This document shows, one piece after another, positions 24,448-36,637 of a stretch of DNA of 64,000 nucleotides. Made by a program: the position numbers and the translations under genes. The notes beneath the pieces were generated by a model that was given only the letters and a program-made list of their open reading frames with translations, was not told where the DNA came from and ran no database searches. Source of the DNA: Catajapyx aquilonaris (taxonomy: Eukaryota); contig JYFJ02001337.1 in NCBI GenBank assembly GCA_000934665.2, forward strand, positions 1 through 64,000. Reading direction: 5' to 3'. The first letter of the stretch is position 1. Every line of letters begins with the position of its first letter.

Positions 24448-25536
24448 ATGATGCTGGTGGCACCGGCGCTGTTGTTCCGGTGCTGCTGGCACCCTGCATG
24501 GGTGCTGGTTGCCCTGGCTGTGTACTGCGGGTTGCTGGTGCCATGGCTGGCCGGATATGTCAGCTGGAGTCAGCTGGTGCGCGGTTTCACAGCCATCGTC
24601 AGGCAGCTCCTGGCTCTCTTGCGTCGCCTTCCCCTGCAGGCAGAAATAGCGGCACTCCTAAGGGCCGCCTTGCAGGTCTCCCCTGGGTCTCTTCCGGGGG
24701 CTGTCTCTGCCAGTCAGCTCTCATTCTTCCTCCTGGCCCAGGGTCCCATGCCTTCCACACATCTTCGGCTGCAGATGGCGCTCCATCTGCTTCTCTTCGG
24801 ATCAGTCCTCAACTATCTGCGTAAGGCTCTGACGGTAAGTACCCCTTCAGCGCACCCATTCACTATTCTAATGATGTTTGATCTACAGGTTCGTGGCTGG
24901 AGTCAACTGCCTCCGACGTCGACGTCTTCGCAGGAGGCCACGGATCTGGTGAGAATGACATCGTCGACAGTGGTGACGCGCCTGGGGAAAGGAGTTGCGT
25001 GCAGTGCCATCACCTTCTGGCTCTTGGCTCGGTGGCAGCCTGAGCATCACGATGTGCTGGGAGTACCGTCGCTGTGCGCCAGTGCCGCCTACTTCTTCCT
25101 GTCCTCTTCTTCAGCCGATGCTCCTTCTGGACCTGTTTCGCCCTCTTCTGGCTCTCCGCTGTGGGATCTCTCCCGAAGACTGGTGATGCTAGTCAGCTGC
25201 ATGGTGCTTCTAGCCATTTCATGGACGCGGGAGGCACCATCCACATTGCTGCTGTTGACCCCTTCCCTGTTAGCCGCTCCGGTAGAACTCTTCCGAAGAT
25301 CTTTCCTCGTATTCCGCCTCCGTTTGCCACTACCTCCTTCCTTGTTACCGTCTGAAGCGGCGTCGGAAGCGCCAGCAACGCCGCTGTGTGCCATTTGCCT
25401 GGACACCATGATTCTCAAGTGGTGTTGGCTGACTCCCTGCGGACACATGTTCCATTTGGACTGCCTCCGTACAGCGCTGATTTACTACCCTAGATGTCCC
25501 CTGTGCAAAACACAGCTGCCCTCGGCAGACCCTTGA
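24448..25536 (+). CDS. Membrane-associated RING-H2 (C3H2C3) protein, putative E3 ubiquitin ligase, distantly TRC8/RNF145-like
   Basis: Several hydrophobic segments precede a C-terminal CAICLDTMILKWCWLTPCGHMFHLDCLRTALIYYPRCPLCK. A likely 54-nt in-frame intron lies at 24835-24888 (gtaagt...ctacag). The ATG at 24448 follows an acceptor at 24433. Confidence 0.75.
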   Translation: MMLVAPALLFRCCWHPAWVLVALAVYCGLLVPWLAGYVSWSQLVRGFTAIVRQLLALLRRLPLQAEIAALLRAALQVSPGSLPGAVSASQLSFFLLAQGPMPSTHLRLQMALHLLLFGSVLNYLRKALTVSTPSAHPFTILMMFDLQVRGWSQLPPTSTSSQEATDLVRMTSSTVVTRLGKGVACSAITFWLLARWQPEHHDVLGVPSLCASAAYFFLSSSSADAPSGPVSPSSGSPLWDLSRRLVMLVSCMVLLAISWTREAPSTLLLLTPSLLAAPVELFRRSFLVFRLRLPLPPSLLPSEAASEAPATPLCAICLDTMILKWCWLTPCGHMFHLDCLRTALIYYPRCPLCKTQLPSADP

Positions 25537-25911
25537 CCACCATCCATCTATCCACCCGGCCACTGAAATTAACTTGCGCATTATGTAGTGCTTCCTTGAT
25601 GAGCCATCCAGTTCCAAGGACAACACATCGTAGAAAACGTTGAGAGAGGTTATGAATTCTGGTGATGAGTACAGCACTTGGGACGGTATTGTGACTGTTA
25701 CAAAAATGAGAACGCTGGTAAAGGCGAGGTGGTGACATACTTGTATATAATATGCTGTACGTATACACTGCAGAGCAGTAGCGTTCATACTGTACATAGA
25801 ACACGTGTTTCTCGGAAGCTTGATCATTCTTGCTTGGATGGACGCTTGTGTGGATGGATGGATGGATGGATGAACGACGCTCGGGTCGATGAATGGACGC
25901 CTGTGTCTGGG

Positions 25912-28900
25912 TCACTTGCTGACGCCGCCGCCTTTGAAGCCCACGAATTTGGTTTTGGAAGGCTGCCGAAAGAAGATCAGCGATGAGAATACCATACTGT
26001 GCTTTTGTATAGTTTGCATTGTATTCCAAGGACAACAAAGTTGTTTGTAAATTTTATTTAATTGAAAAAGAGTGAGATTTTCACATATAGAGCATACCAA
26101 TATGTTGTATTGAATAAATAAGGAGTGCAGAATGTTATCATCTGATTTTACTGACTGGCCGACATCAGCTATTTTGCACTTTTCTTGGTTGGATGTGAGA
26201 CAAGGAAGAAAATGAGATAGCGATCCCGAGCCATTCAGTTTTCACGACCTAGGTTATACATTACAGAGTAGGATGTGTTAACTAATGCAGGAGTTATACT
26301 GCTCTTCATTGACAAAAAGTTTTCAACAAAAGCTTCATGGCGCTACACTATCTCCATCAGTCTACCAATGCGAAGGTCAGGGTGGGAAACTTCGCCTTGA
26401 AACTATATCACTAATGAGACAAGTTTGAAACTATTTTGACAATCTCAGTTGATGTCAAACCGTAATGATCTGTGCGCACACTCACTTATTTTGCTTCAGG
26501 GAACTTTATAGGCTCGTTTTACACGCAAAACCGAGCCTCTAAATTGGCTAGAGCAAAAGAAGCGGCTGTATTTACAAACCATTACTCGTGATGGATCAGA
26601 TTGTAAAGTGTACAGTACACCTACCGGAAGGACGGAGAAAGAGCAAGTGAGGTCCCTGGATACCGTCATGGCAGCGGCTGCGTTGTCGAATTGGCCGCAG
26701 TAATTCGGGGCAGAGAAGATAGTGACCAGCGCCCTCTTCTGGAAAAACTGGTATCCATCTTCGACCACCTGATGTGCCCTCACCACCAGGGAAAAGGCGT
26801 GCTCTTTGAGAAAGGCCGTTACCACGTCTCCGCCGAACAGCCAGCTGACCCCCCGGTCATTGGGAGCCCAGCCTGGCTGGTCATCTTGCGGGTCAGCCCA
26901 CAACAGATCGCACAGCAATCCGGTGTCCGGTACCTCCACGGGCCTCTGGATGCTCCGTATCTGGATCAACAAAGATATCAAATCAAACCCATATGAACAA
27001 AAATGTGTACACACCACTAAATCTGCACATCATACTACTTGAAATTACTGTATACATCTGTACAGTTGTTACACCCATGCTTGACACGAACTTCCTTATG
27101 GTAAATTGAATGAATTACGAACTTTTTATTTCTCTACCGAAGACATTATGAGCCAAGCACGAGTGTGTCCAACTTGACAGTCACCAGTAGCCTACACATA
27201 CTCAGGGGCTGTCTAAATGCGCCCGTTGGCATGCCACTCGCCAGTCACGAACACAAGTTACTTGCTAAGCCAAGCGTTATTTTGCTCGACTTCATGTGTG
27301 TACCCGGAAGGCGTTTTCACTCTTCGAATGGCGAGCACGGGCATAGTGGATTCCTGGGGTATGTGGTAGCCTACATCAAGTGCGATTCACTGCTCCATGG
27401 TTAGCATAATGTGCGTCACACCAACCTGGTTAAGGTCACGAAGTTCTGGAGACAGCCCTCCGTGTGTGCAGAATATGGTCGACTCCACCACCGCAGCTGG
27501 AAATCAGAGATAATACCACTAGTTATAGCGTACCAATCGCGTGCAGTCATGCTTTGTGTACCGTGCACTGATTTAGACTGTGTCAGTATAGAATAAGTAT
27601 ATAGAGATGAGAAAAATGATGCTAGAAAATAGAGTAAGAGTGAAAGAGAAAGAGAGACGGGACCCACCGACCGGAAGGCAGTTGAAGCAATCGGTAAAGG
27701 TCTTCCAGAGTTTGAAGGAGTACCTGCGCTTGCACTCGTCAAAGAAGCCGTAGATGCGGTTGATGGAGGCGCACTCGTGGTTGCCTCGGAGCAGGAAAAA
27801 GTTGTGCGGGTATTTGATCTTGTATGCCATCACTAAGCAGATGGTCTCGATCGACTGCCGGCCTCTTCATGGCGTGTGAATATACATGTACGAGGATATT
27901 ATGGCAATGAGCACTTAAATGATTGCACCAGACAGAGTATAGTCCTGTTGTTGCTTACTGCACTTATCTGAGAGGGTACTGTACCTGTCTACATAGTCTC
28001 CGAGGAAGAGGTAGTTGGCTTGAGGCGGGTAGCCCAGCTTGTCAAAGTGCCTGAGCAGGTCGTGGAACTGGCCGTGGATGTCGCCGACGATGTTGACGGG
28101 AGCCTCCAGCTCCAATAGCATCGGCTGCTCCAGGAACAGGCGCCGAGACGCCTGGCAGAGGGCCACTATCTCCCATTCTTGCAGAACCTAATTGTTGAAT
28201 TATTTGGGCGTTAGTCTCGTTACTGTCTTACTGAATGATGAATCACACGTCTGTTATTCTGCGATTGCCATCTCTTGTCTGGATATGAGCTGTTGAAGTG
28301 TCATTTAATATGGAGTGTCTATAGTCCAGAAAAACAGGTGCAATATCCTCTGTTCAATTATCAAGGGCACGCTGTTGCTCTGAGGTATTCTGTAGCGGCG
28401 GATCCTTCAACCCCATTGCGACAAAGGGCAATGAACATGAAGTGATACTGTACATTAGGAACAATTAGGCGCTCCTTCAGAGCCACATACTAACAGGTAT
28501 GTGCAATGAATGCACCACACTAAAACTGATGCAATGACTGTGCAGAATAGCTTGAATAAAATGATGTATCAATAGTGCATTATGGAATCAAAAAGATTGC
28601 ATGATGAGGCGATATGATTGATACACATAATCAGTGCAGTGCATTATTCGGTTATTGAGCGACTAATACTTCAAAAGCTGCTGCATAGCATTATATTGCC
28701 CCCGGCATGCATAAATGTTGTTTACATGATTACTACTTACGATTAGATTTTATGGGTTAAATTGCACATGCTGCAGAGTGATGCGGGTATTGACGGGTAA
28801 GGTCAAGGTCAGGAGGCGTGTCGTTGGCCTTTTGACGGTAACGGTGGGAAAAATGAAATGGGGGTAGACGGGCCTATCAGTGGGCGAACCTGGCGTGTTC

Positions 28901-31900
28901 TTGGGGAGGGATAATGGGCATTTGTTTTCCAAGATAACCGTGACGAAGTCTGTACAACTACAGTCAACCCAATATCGACCCAACTCGTAGGGTGCTGCTG
29001 CCATTGCATGTAGCACCCTTTTCATGGATAGCACACACTTTGCTTACTGCTCTGTTTGTTCAACAACAAATCTGGCTTGTCCTTCACCTCGGTCAATAAA
29101 TGTAACTGAATTGAACTTGTAGTATGAACAATACATATCCAATGCAGTAGCCAGTCAGTACAAATAAAAGTATGCGAGCAACAAAATGAGGCCAATAATG
29201 CATGAAGGTATATAGAGCTATATCGTAATAGTTTATTTATGGAACTTAAACGAGAGAGCATATACAAAACTTTTCGTAACATGACGTGAGGTTTAGGCAC
29301 GCAACCTGGATGACTTTGATCACGTATCAAACGGTTAATAATAGGCCTACGTAATAATGATGATCCAATTTCAAACTCACCCCTTCCGGATTGGGATTAA
29401 GTGGCAGTTTTTATGGTATAGGCCAGAGGTGACTTTACTACAGGGACCTTCATCATGATATGGATGAAAAACACGTAACCCTCTGCGTGTACACCTGATT
29501 CCCCCGTGTATTAAAACTCCCACTGCATTACCCTGGGGGTAATGTATAGTAATCAGGTCCTACAACATACCTTCACCTCGCCATTATTATCTAGCGGTCA
29601 CAATGTACGAACTTTTGCAGATTAATCAGCAGCCCCCATGATGATGACCCTGACAATGTCAAGAGGTCATTGCCGACAACCTCGCTGAAACTATTTCTAG
29701 TGACACGCAGCTCATGTATTTGCCTAATCTTCCTCCCGCCATTTCCAATAATAACAGTGAAAAATTGAGCGTTTTCCTATTAACTCGTTAATGAGCAGGA
29801 CCCTCATGACTACAGAGTAGGCTACGATGCAAAGACATATGCCACCATTTGGGGGTTCTACACCATATACCTTATAATTTATTGAATATGACCGCCAGCC
29901 TGATATTTTCTTCAATTAGATGAGATTTTCTCCTCGATATTGAGAGTCCACATAGTGCACGTAAGCCCTGAAGCGTATGTTTGCACGAGTCCCATCGATT
30001 TACCAGCGAGAGTTAAGTGTAATTTGAACCTCTCCACAAACATAGTTCCTTTTCCGGAGATGGGACCCACCGCTACGTTGAATAGTAAGCAAACCCTTGA
30101 GAACGGATATATTTTATTTGCTGATACAGGACACCGAAAGCCCTTTCCTATTTCGCCGTTTGCTCTACAAGACAGCTGTCAGAAAGTAGCTGCTACTATA
30201 TGATCTTGCGGATATTTTATTAGTAGAAAAATGATGCCCGTTGCTTCTGTGTGGACCATTAGTTAAGGCACAATAGAGCTGTCAGATATGAAAGATAAGT
30301 TAATATAATATGCTACAGGGTATATGGTACTGTACATTATTGATTATAGTAAACCTACTATTCGAATGATACCCATGGGTGGTATATTGCACGCACTCTC
30401 AGTCTTCGATCTCATGCATCTCATTCATGAGCATATTGCGACGGTTTTGTTTAGGACGTCGTAGTCCACCTCGTATGATCGAATAAAATGTAATTATATA
30501 GGCGTTACATAATATCGTATGTGCTGGGCTCAATACCGCGGCGTTTGATTGAATTTTTGTAACTTGTGAAGGCATTACGCGTACGTTTTAAGCTTAATGA
30601 CGTCATTTGAGTAGTTTCATCGCAAAAGGACAAACAGATGTAGTGTTTGCTTGGTCTGTAAGCCCTTTAGATGACCCTTATTCTCTCGACTGCTACTCCA
30701 AATTGCATTAACTATGGAAAAAAACACATGGTTCTCCAGGGGCGATGACTGTAAAAATACAGGGGAAAAAATGCTGAGATTTCCGTTTGTGTCACTTGAA
30801 CAAATTATGAGTCAGAAGAGCTGAGAGGCACTGTGCCCACACACTGTACCAATATAGATTGCCTTATATAAGCTGTGTATATGCAGTACAGCAATAACCC
30901 GTGTCACTTTGTATGTGAATACCCATATGTTTATGAGTATGTTTCCGGAGTCGTGATAGTGAGCAGGTTAGGTGATACTAGAATAACTCAGGCATACTGT
31001 ATGTGTCTCTGACATAAAGTGGGCATGGTATTGCATTGACAGGAATAATGTGCTGGATAAGTGGAAAATTACTACAGTACACCATAATGTAAGAGGAGGA
31101 AAGAGGCATAGATATAGCTTATATGTGCTGAAGACATTCTCCGAACTGGAGAAGAGGCATTAAATCATTATAATTCTATGTAAATGATGGCACTGTGGTG
31201 GGGTCGTCGTAATCGTAGGACGTGGATATTATAGCCCCATTAACAGTCTCTCTCATGAATAAAGTACAGCCAGCTCCCCAACTATGTACTGTAACTTAAG
31301 TGGATCGTTCTGCAACATTATAACTTACGAATAGTACATTTGCAGAATACCGGTATCTCGAGAACTTATTAATTATTATAATTATACGGAATACTGTTAT
31401 GTACCTTATAATATTACATCGATACTGAGTCACTATTGTATTCAATTGAGGTCGTTGCGATCGGGAAGGTACCTTGAAGGCCCAGAATTTAGGTGCTTTC
31501 TGTCACGTGTAAACTGACTGTGAGAGTGTGAACGAATGAGGAAATGAATCTCGGACTCTCGGCATACAGGTCCGATTTGCCACGAGCCGAAATTGTACGT
31601 GTTTTCTAGCAATTGACGGCATTTTACGTTACCAGGTTGTTCCGCATATTTTTTGCGTAAGTCTGAAATTTTTGCATAATCATGTCGTAAATATTTTTTG
31701 TCATTCCGAATCTATGTAAGTCGGAGGTACGTATAAGTCGAGAACTTACGGTATAGGTAGACTGCTTATACTATAGTGTATAACCTACCAATCAAATGTG
31801 AAGTTTTCACATCTCATAAAAAGTATACTGTATATTACGTATTTTGTAATATTATTAAAGTCACTTTCAGGAGCCGAAAAAAAATCCACGCATGATCCCG

Positions 31901-33530
31901 AATTTACCCCGCACATTTGCCATCAAAATTTTTATCAATTGCAAAAGAATTTGTTATCCGCTAGTTCATTCATGTTAGTTGCAATATCAACTACTAGTTT
32001 TACAATATGTAAAATAAGGATACCTATGCATCACTGCGACCGCGTCTCGAGCGCATAGTTTAAAATATAGGTATTGTTTCTTTTCCTATACACACAATAA
32101 AAACTTTCTTGCTGACTTTCAAGTACATACAAATACTGTATTCATATTGTTACTTAGTAATTATTATTGATGGTCGACTGCATATATACAGTATAGACAA
32201 TATTATGTAGCGTGTAAAGTGATTTTGCTATTAGGAACTAACAAGTGCAATCATGCACCGTCCTAATGCTTTTATCCTGCCTGGGTGTCACTACGAATAG
32301 TTTTCCCACATTATAAAGAGCCAATAAAAAAACACAGTATTGCACTTTCGCCCCCACCTTCAAACTTTCAAGCTCATTCTCTCACGACTAACTCTTTCCA
32401 CCTTGACTGGAATGTACATGAAAGTTCCAGACCGTGGGTATGGGATATAATGGAAAATTAATGAACGCCGAGCCAGATTACAGAGAAATATGAGCACCCA
32501 ACCCAATCCGTTCCCCTTCCAATAAATTCTTTCCCTTCAGTCTGGCCAAAATCCGACCAACCTCCGGCCCCCTCGGCAAAGTTTGTCCCATACATTACTT
32601 TCCGTTCCCCCACTCCCCAATATCACGCAAAAAAAAAGTAGCAGTACAGATATAGCAAGACGGCGTCTGAAGGACCGTGGGCGGATGGGGAGGGTTATTT
32701 GGGTGTTGATGGAGATTGCTGTCTGGGATGGAGGGAGGGGGACACAAGGCCAAGGCGCAGTTTCGAGCACGCCATGCTCGGAACTAGGAAATAAAACTAA
32801 TTATTTAGACGAGATACCTGGCTACTGTGCGTGCATTCGGCTCACTGCTGATTTGCATGCGTGTATACTTCACCGATTCAATATACTGCTGCGTACCAAT
32901 CTGTGCACGTTATTTATTAACTGTTTTGTGACCAAACGTAAATTCCACATTTTCAGCAGTATTGCATTACGTAATCGGTAGCGTGATGTCACAAGTTGCG
33001 GATGTAATCGAATGATGCTATTGTGTGACACGCGCTCATTAGTATACTAGCACGTATGTCCGTGCTTTCAGCTCAGTCTTTATCCCTGCTATTAATCAGT
33101 GCGGTTGAATGAACCACGGTTTGGGGATGCAATCATGTGCATACATAACGATGCAGACATGCCTACTGAGAAGGCAAGGTACCTGCTTATCGGAGGGAGC
33201 AGAAGTATAAGAGGAAGTGTGGAAGGGGGTTCTCCTGGCAGCCAAGAGTCGGAGGATGACGTGGTCTAAGTCCAGCACCTTGGCGGTCACCGTGGACACC
33301 ACCCGTCCGGTCTTGCTGGTGGCCGAGCTCTCACCGACATCCTTCCCAGAAGAATCGCCGTTCTGCAGCAGCTTAATCCTGATGGGCGAAGAAGTGGAGG
33401 AAGAGCCTGCAGCTCCTCTGATGATCCTACTGGGCGAAGAGTGCACCAGTCCGCTGAACACTCCTCCTCCTCCTCCGCCTGCTGCACCCGCACTCTCCGT
33501 CTTATTGTTGGGGATCCTCTGCTGCTTCAT
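25912..33530 (-). CDS. Divergent serine/threonine protein phosphatase PP1 catalytic subunit with N-terminal extension, 6 exons, about 401 aa
   Basis: Exons are 33530-33183, 28187-27985, 27864-27668, 27496-27426, 26960-26625 and 25962-25912 (alternative acceptor at 26547). PPP motifs [58 protein letters not shown] and SAPNYCG are present. Exon 1 ends [14 protein letters not shown], like PP1 LNLDSIIGRLLEV. Confidence 0.92.
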
Positions 33531-35520
33531 GAGACACCGTCGGTTGTCTGCGGTCTAGTCCAGCTGCAGTGAGATCGGGGCAACATGCCCAGAATGCAGG
33601 TGCGCCTCACTCGATTGCAAGGAACCAACAGCTGCAGAGCTGATGTCTGCCGCTTTCTATATGCTCTGCAGTTTCGTACCGCACAGGCGCCAACCTCCCC
33701 CCTTTTGCTGGGTGTGTGCCTCCCCCCGTCTCTCTTAGCCCCCGCCATCACCTCCTATACCACACATTCTCTGTGGTCTCGATCACATAACAGCCTGGAG
33801 CTTTCGGATTTTTTAAAAAATGTATCGTGTCTACCATAGGGTGCGACCTGGTTAGTCAACACGCACTCCACACATGAAACCTTGATCAGCATTAATGGAA
33901 ATGATCCTCCAAAGTAGGGCTAATCACTCTTTGTTGCGAGGCACGATATGGAACTAGGCCATCCCTGCAGTAATGAATGGAGCTGCGGAATGTGGGACTT
34001 CTTACGTACTGTATGACCTACATAAGGTGGGCCATCTGTTGCATGATATAACTGGGCGGAAGATGCTGCCAAAAATAGTGGGGAAATAACAACAACCAAG
34101 CAAAGTTCCAATACAGCAACTGGTTTATTCGTTTATCCTGGCAGGTAGATACCCTACGGGTTGTACAACGGGAAGTTGCTTTCAAGGGGGCTAGGCTGAA
34201 TACTTGCTCGAGACAATGCGTTATTGACGAGTAGTGTAACACAATGTTTCCTCATATCGGCCGCAATTTATATGTCAAGGCACATGTTGGTGACATTCTT
34301 TATTCGGATTTTATTTTATCATTAATAGCGATTAGTCCAATAAAACACAGCAAAAAATAATGTTCCATGCTCATAATCACGGCTAGTTCGAAATAATTGT
34401 GATCGTATTAATAGTAGTGGCTATAGTAGCCAACATTTTAAATCGCACTGTAACAGTGGATTATATGGTATTGAATTCTTATTGCCCTCTTTTTTTCTTA
34501 TATCGAATTAATATTTAACATAATGTGCAAGCTGGGCATGAGCACATAATTATAAGTAGACCGTCTGCCAGCATCCTCTCAGATTCTGTAACTTTGCACG
34601 ATAGCCTGCATAGATCAATACGGGGTGACCCAAAAGTCTCCGCTCATTTTTTAAGCTTCTGTGGACAACTGCTACACGCCTGATAAGCCCAGGGAATGTT
34701 AGCACCAATACAAGTAATATTGTTGCTATCAGTTCTGGGCAATTGCTACATATGTATTGCCGTAGAAAATTATGCTACATTTTTCTGCATTTAACGCGGC
34801 ACTATTATTGGTAATATTTGTAGTAGTATTTCAAAGATGCGGTAGAAAACACGATTCTACGATTGCTTTTTTTTACGACAACTACAGTGTATACAGAGTG
34901 AAGTCAGTGAACCCGAACAAAATTACGCTTCATTACATTAGACCTGCATTATACATTTATACCTCTTTATTTCCGCCTATAGAGTGGATATAAGCATGCG
35001 AGAGCGAAGCATTATGAAGGCCCACTCTGTCTACCCCATCAAGCCAAATATGTAAATCCTTCATATCCTATCTCTTCAAGACGGAAAAAGATAGAGGTAG
35101 TGTACGTATGATATGATGCAGAACGATTTTACATACTCGTACATATAGTTCACTACATAGTTTGATACAGATAGTAAGGGTGTTGAATCGTTATACGACT
35201 ATTCAACAGGGCAGTCTTAAATAATAAAGTGTGCGGCACGCATATGGGCGTTAATATGGCAGAACACGTTAGCATTAAATTTTTACATGTGCGTGCAGAA
35301 TAGTGCAATATTATGCTTACTCTGGTGTCATATTTCTGGGCACCTGAAGAGCTGGTGTTCCCAGGTCCCTGAGACTCTTTGCAGAGATACTTATTATTAA
35401 GTAGAAAATGAAGCGACCAATGTTTCTATTCTGAGCCAGCTTTATTCACATTGTTTTGGCAACTGCCTACTACCTCAAATGAGCTAACAGGTAAATTAAA
35501 TCTACATGAATCGCAGGCTA

Positions 35521-35761
35521 CAGAGTGCTCTTTTAGTTATTGGAACTTTCGCCCGAAGCAATTATTTTTGTGTAGTTTTTTGAGCCCAGACCGAGGCGCC
35601 CAATTATTTCCATGTATGTAGACCACGGTGTAGACTACACCCAATATCAATAATAAATTGCGCGCCTCAGTCAGGGCGCAAAAAGCTACACAAAAATAAC
35701 ACCTTCGGGGTTCGGACTAAAGGTCCTGAACTAAATGGACCACAATACTTGGAACACCCTG
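35521..35761. mobile_element. Tc1/mariner-type MITE (TA TSD)
   Basis: ta|cagagtgctc ... gaacaccctg|ta. The long internal inverted arms are ttatttttgtgtagttttttgagcccagaccgaggcgcccaatt / aattgcgcgcctcagtcagggcgcaaaaagctacacaaaaataa. Confidence 0.7.
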
Positions 35762-36637
35762 TATAAAAGGCAAGTTGGCGCAACTGGACGCACATTTGCC
35801 AGGATTTCTTGCATCTGTGTTAATGTATTATTATTTACCTGAACAATTCAACAAATTCTGAACCAGTAGCACATGCAGGACAAAATCCACATTTTTTAAG
35901 AGTAATTTACTGTGTTAGAATGTATATACCATAGGGTTCATTGGAAGTAAGAAACAGGATGTCCTTGAAGTAGAAATACTGTAAAACATTCAATTATGAT
36001 TTGTCAAGTATGGTCCAACATCTGTACATTTATTGCAAAACTTTAAGCCTAGCTCTAGCAACTAGGCCAGGAAATCACAAAATTACGGGAGTAGAAAAGT
36101 AATGACAATAACAATACACCATGTACTGTACCTAATTAAAAGTTAAAAAATTACTAAATACATTTATTTTGCTGGGCTAAACAAGGTACATCTACTTCAA
36201 CAAAATAATGTGGAGGTAGGTTTCAAACACTAAGGCCAATGCATACTATGCTAACCAAATGCAGGCAGGTAGAATAAATTTTCAATTCCATGCACATTCT
36301 CATAACTTATAAAAGAAAACACCCACAGTACATTATAAATAAATTATTAAAGGCATGATGGATGATGCACATTTATTTTCATCTACAGCAGTACATGCAA
36401 TATTCAGTGCAAGAATAGCCTTATGATCACACTGAAGATTGCACTAAATAATTCCATGTTTTTGTCCTGACTTGTGTGAAAGCAAAAGACCATTAAAATC
36501 ACAGTTTCTAGTAGTAGCATTTTATTCACATTCACCTCTAGGCACATGGCCCAACAAGAAACACAGGCCATACCAAGAAATACTGCATTGTAATGTCAGT
36601 GACATTTCTGTTCATACACTATGAATCCGTGAATTAC

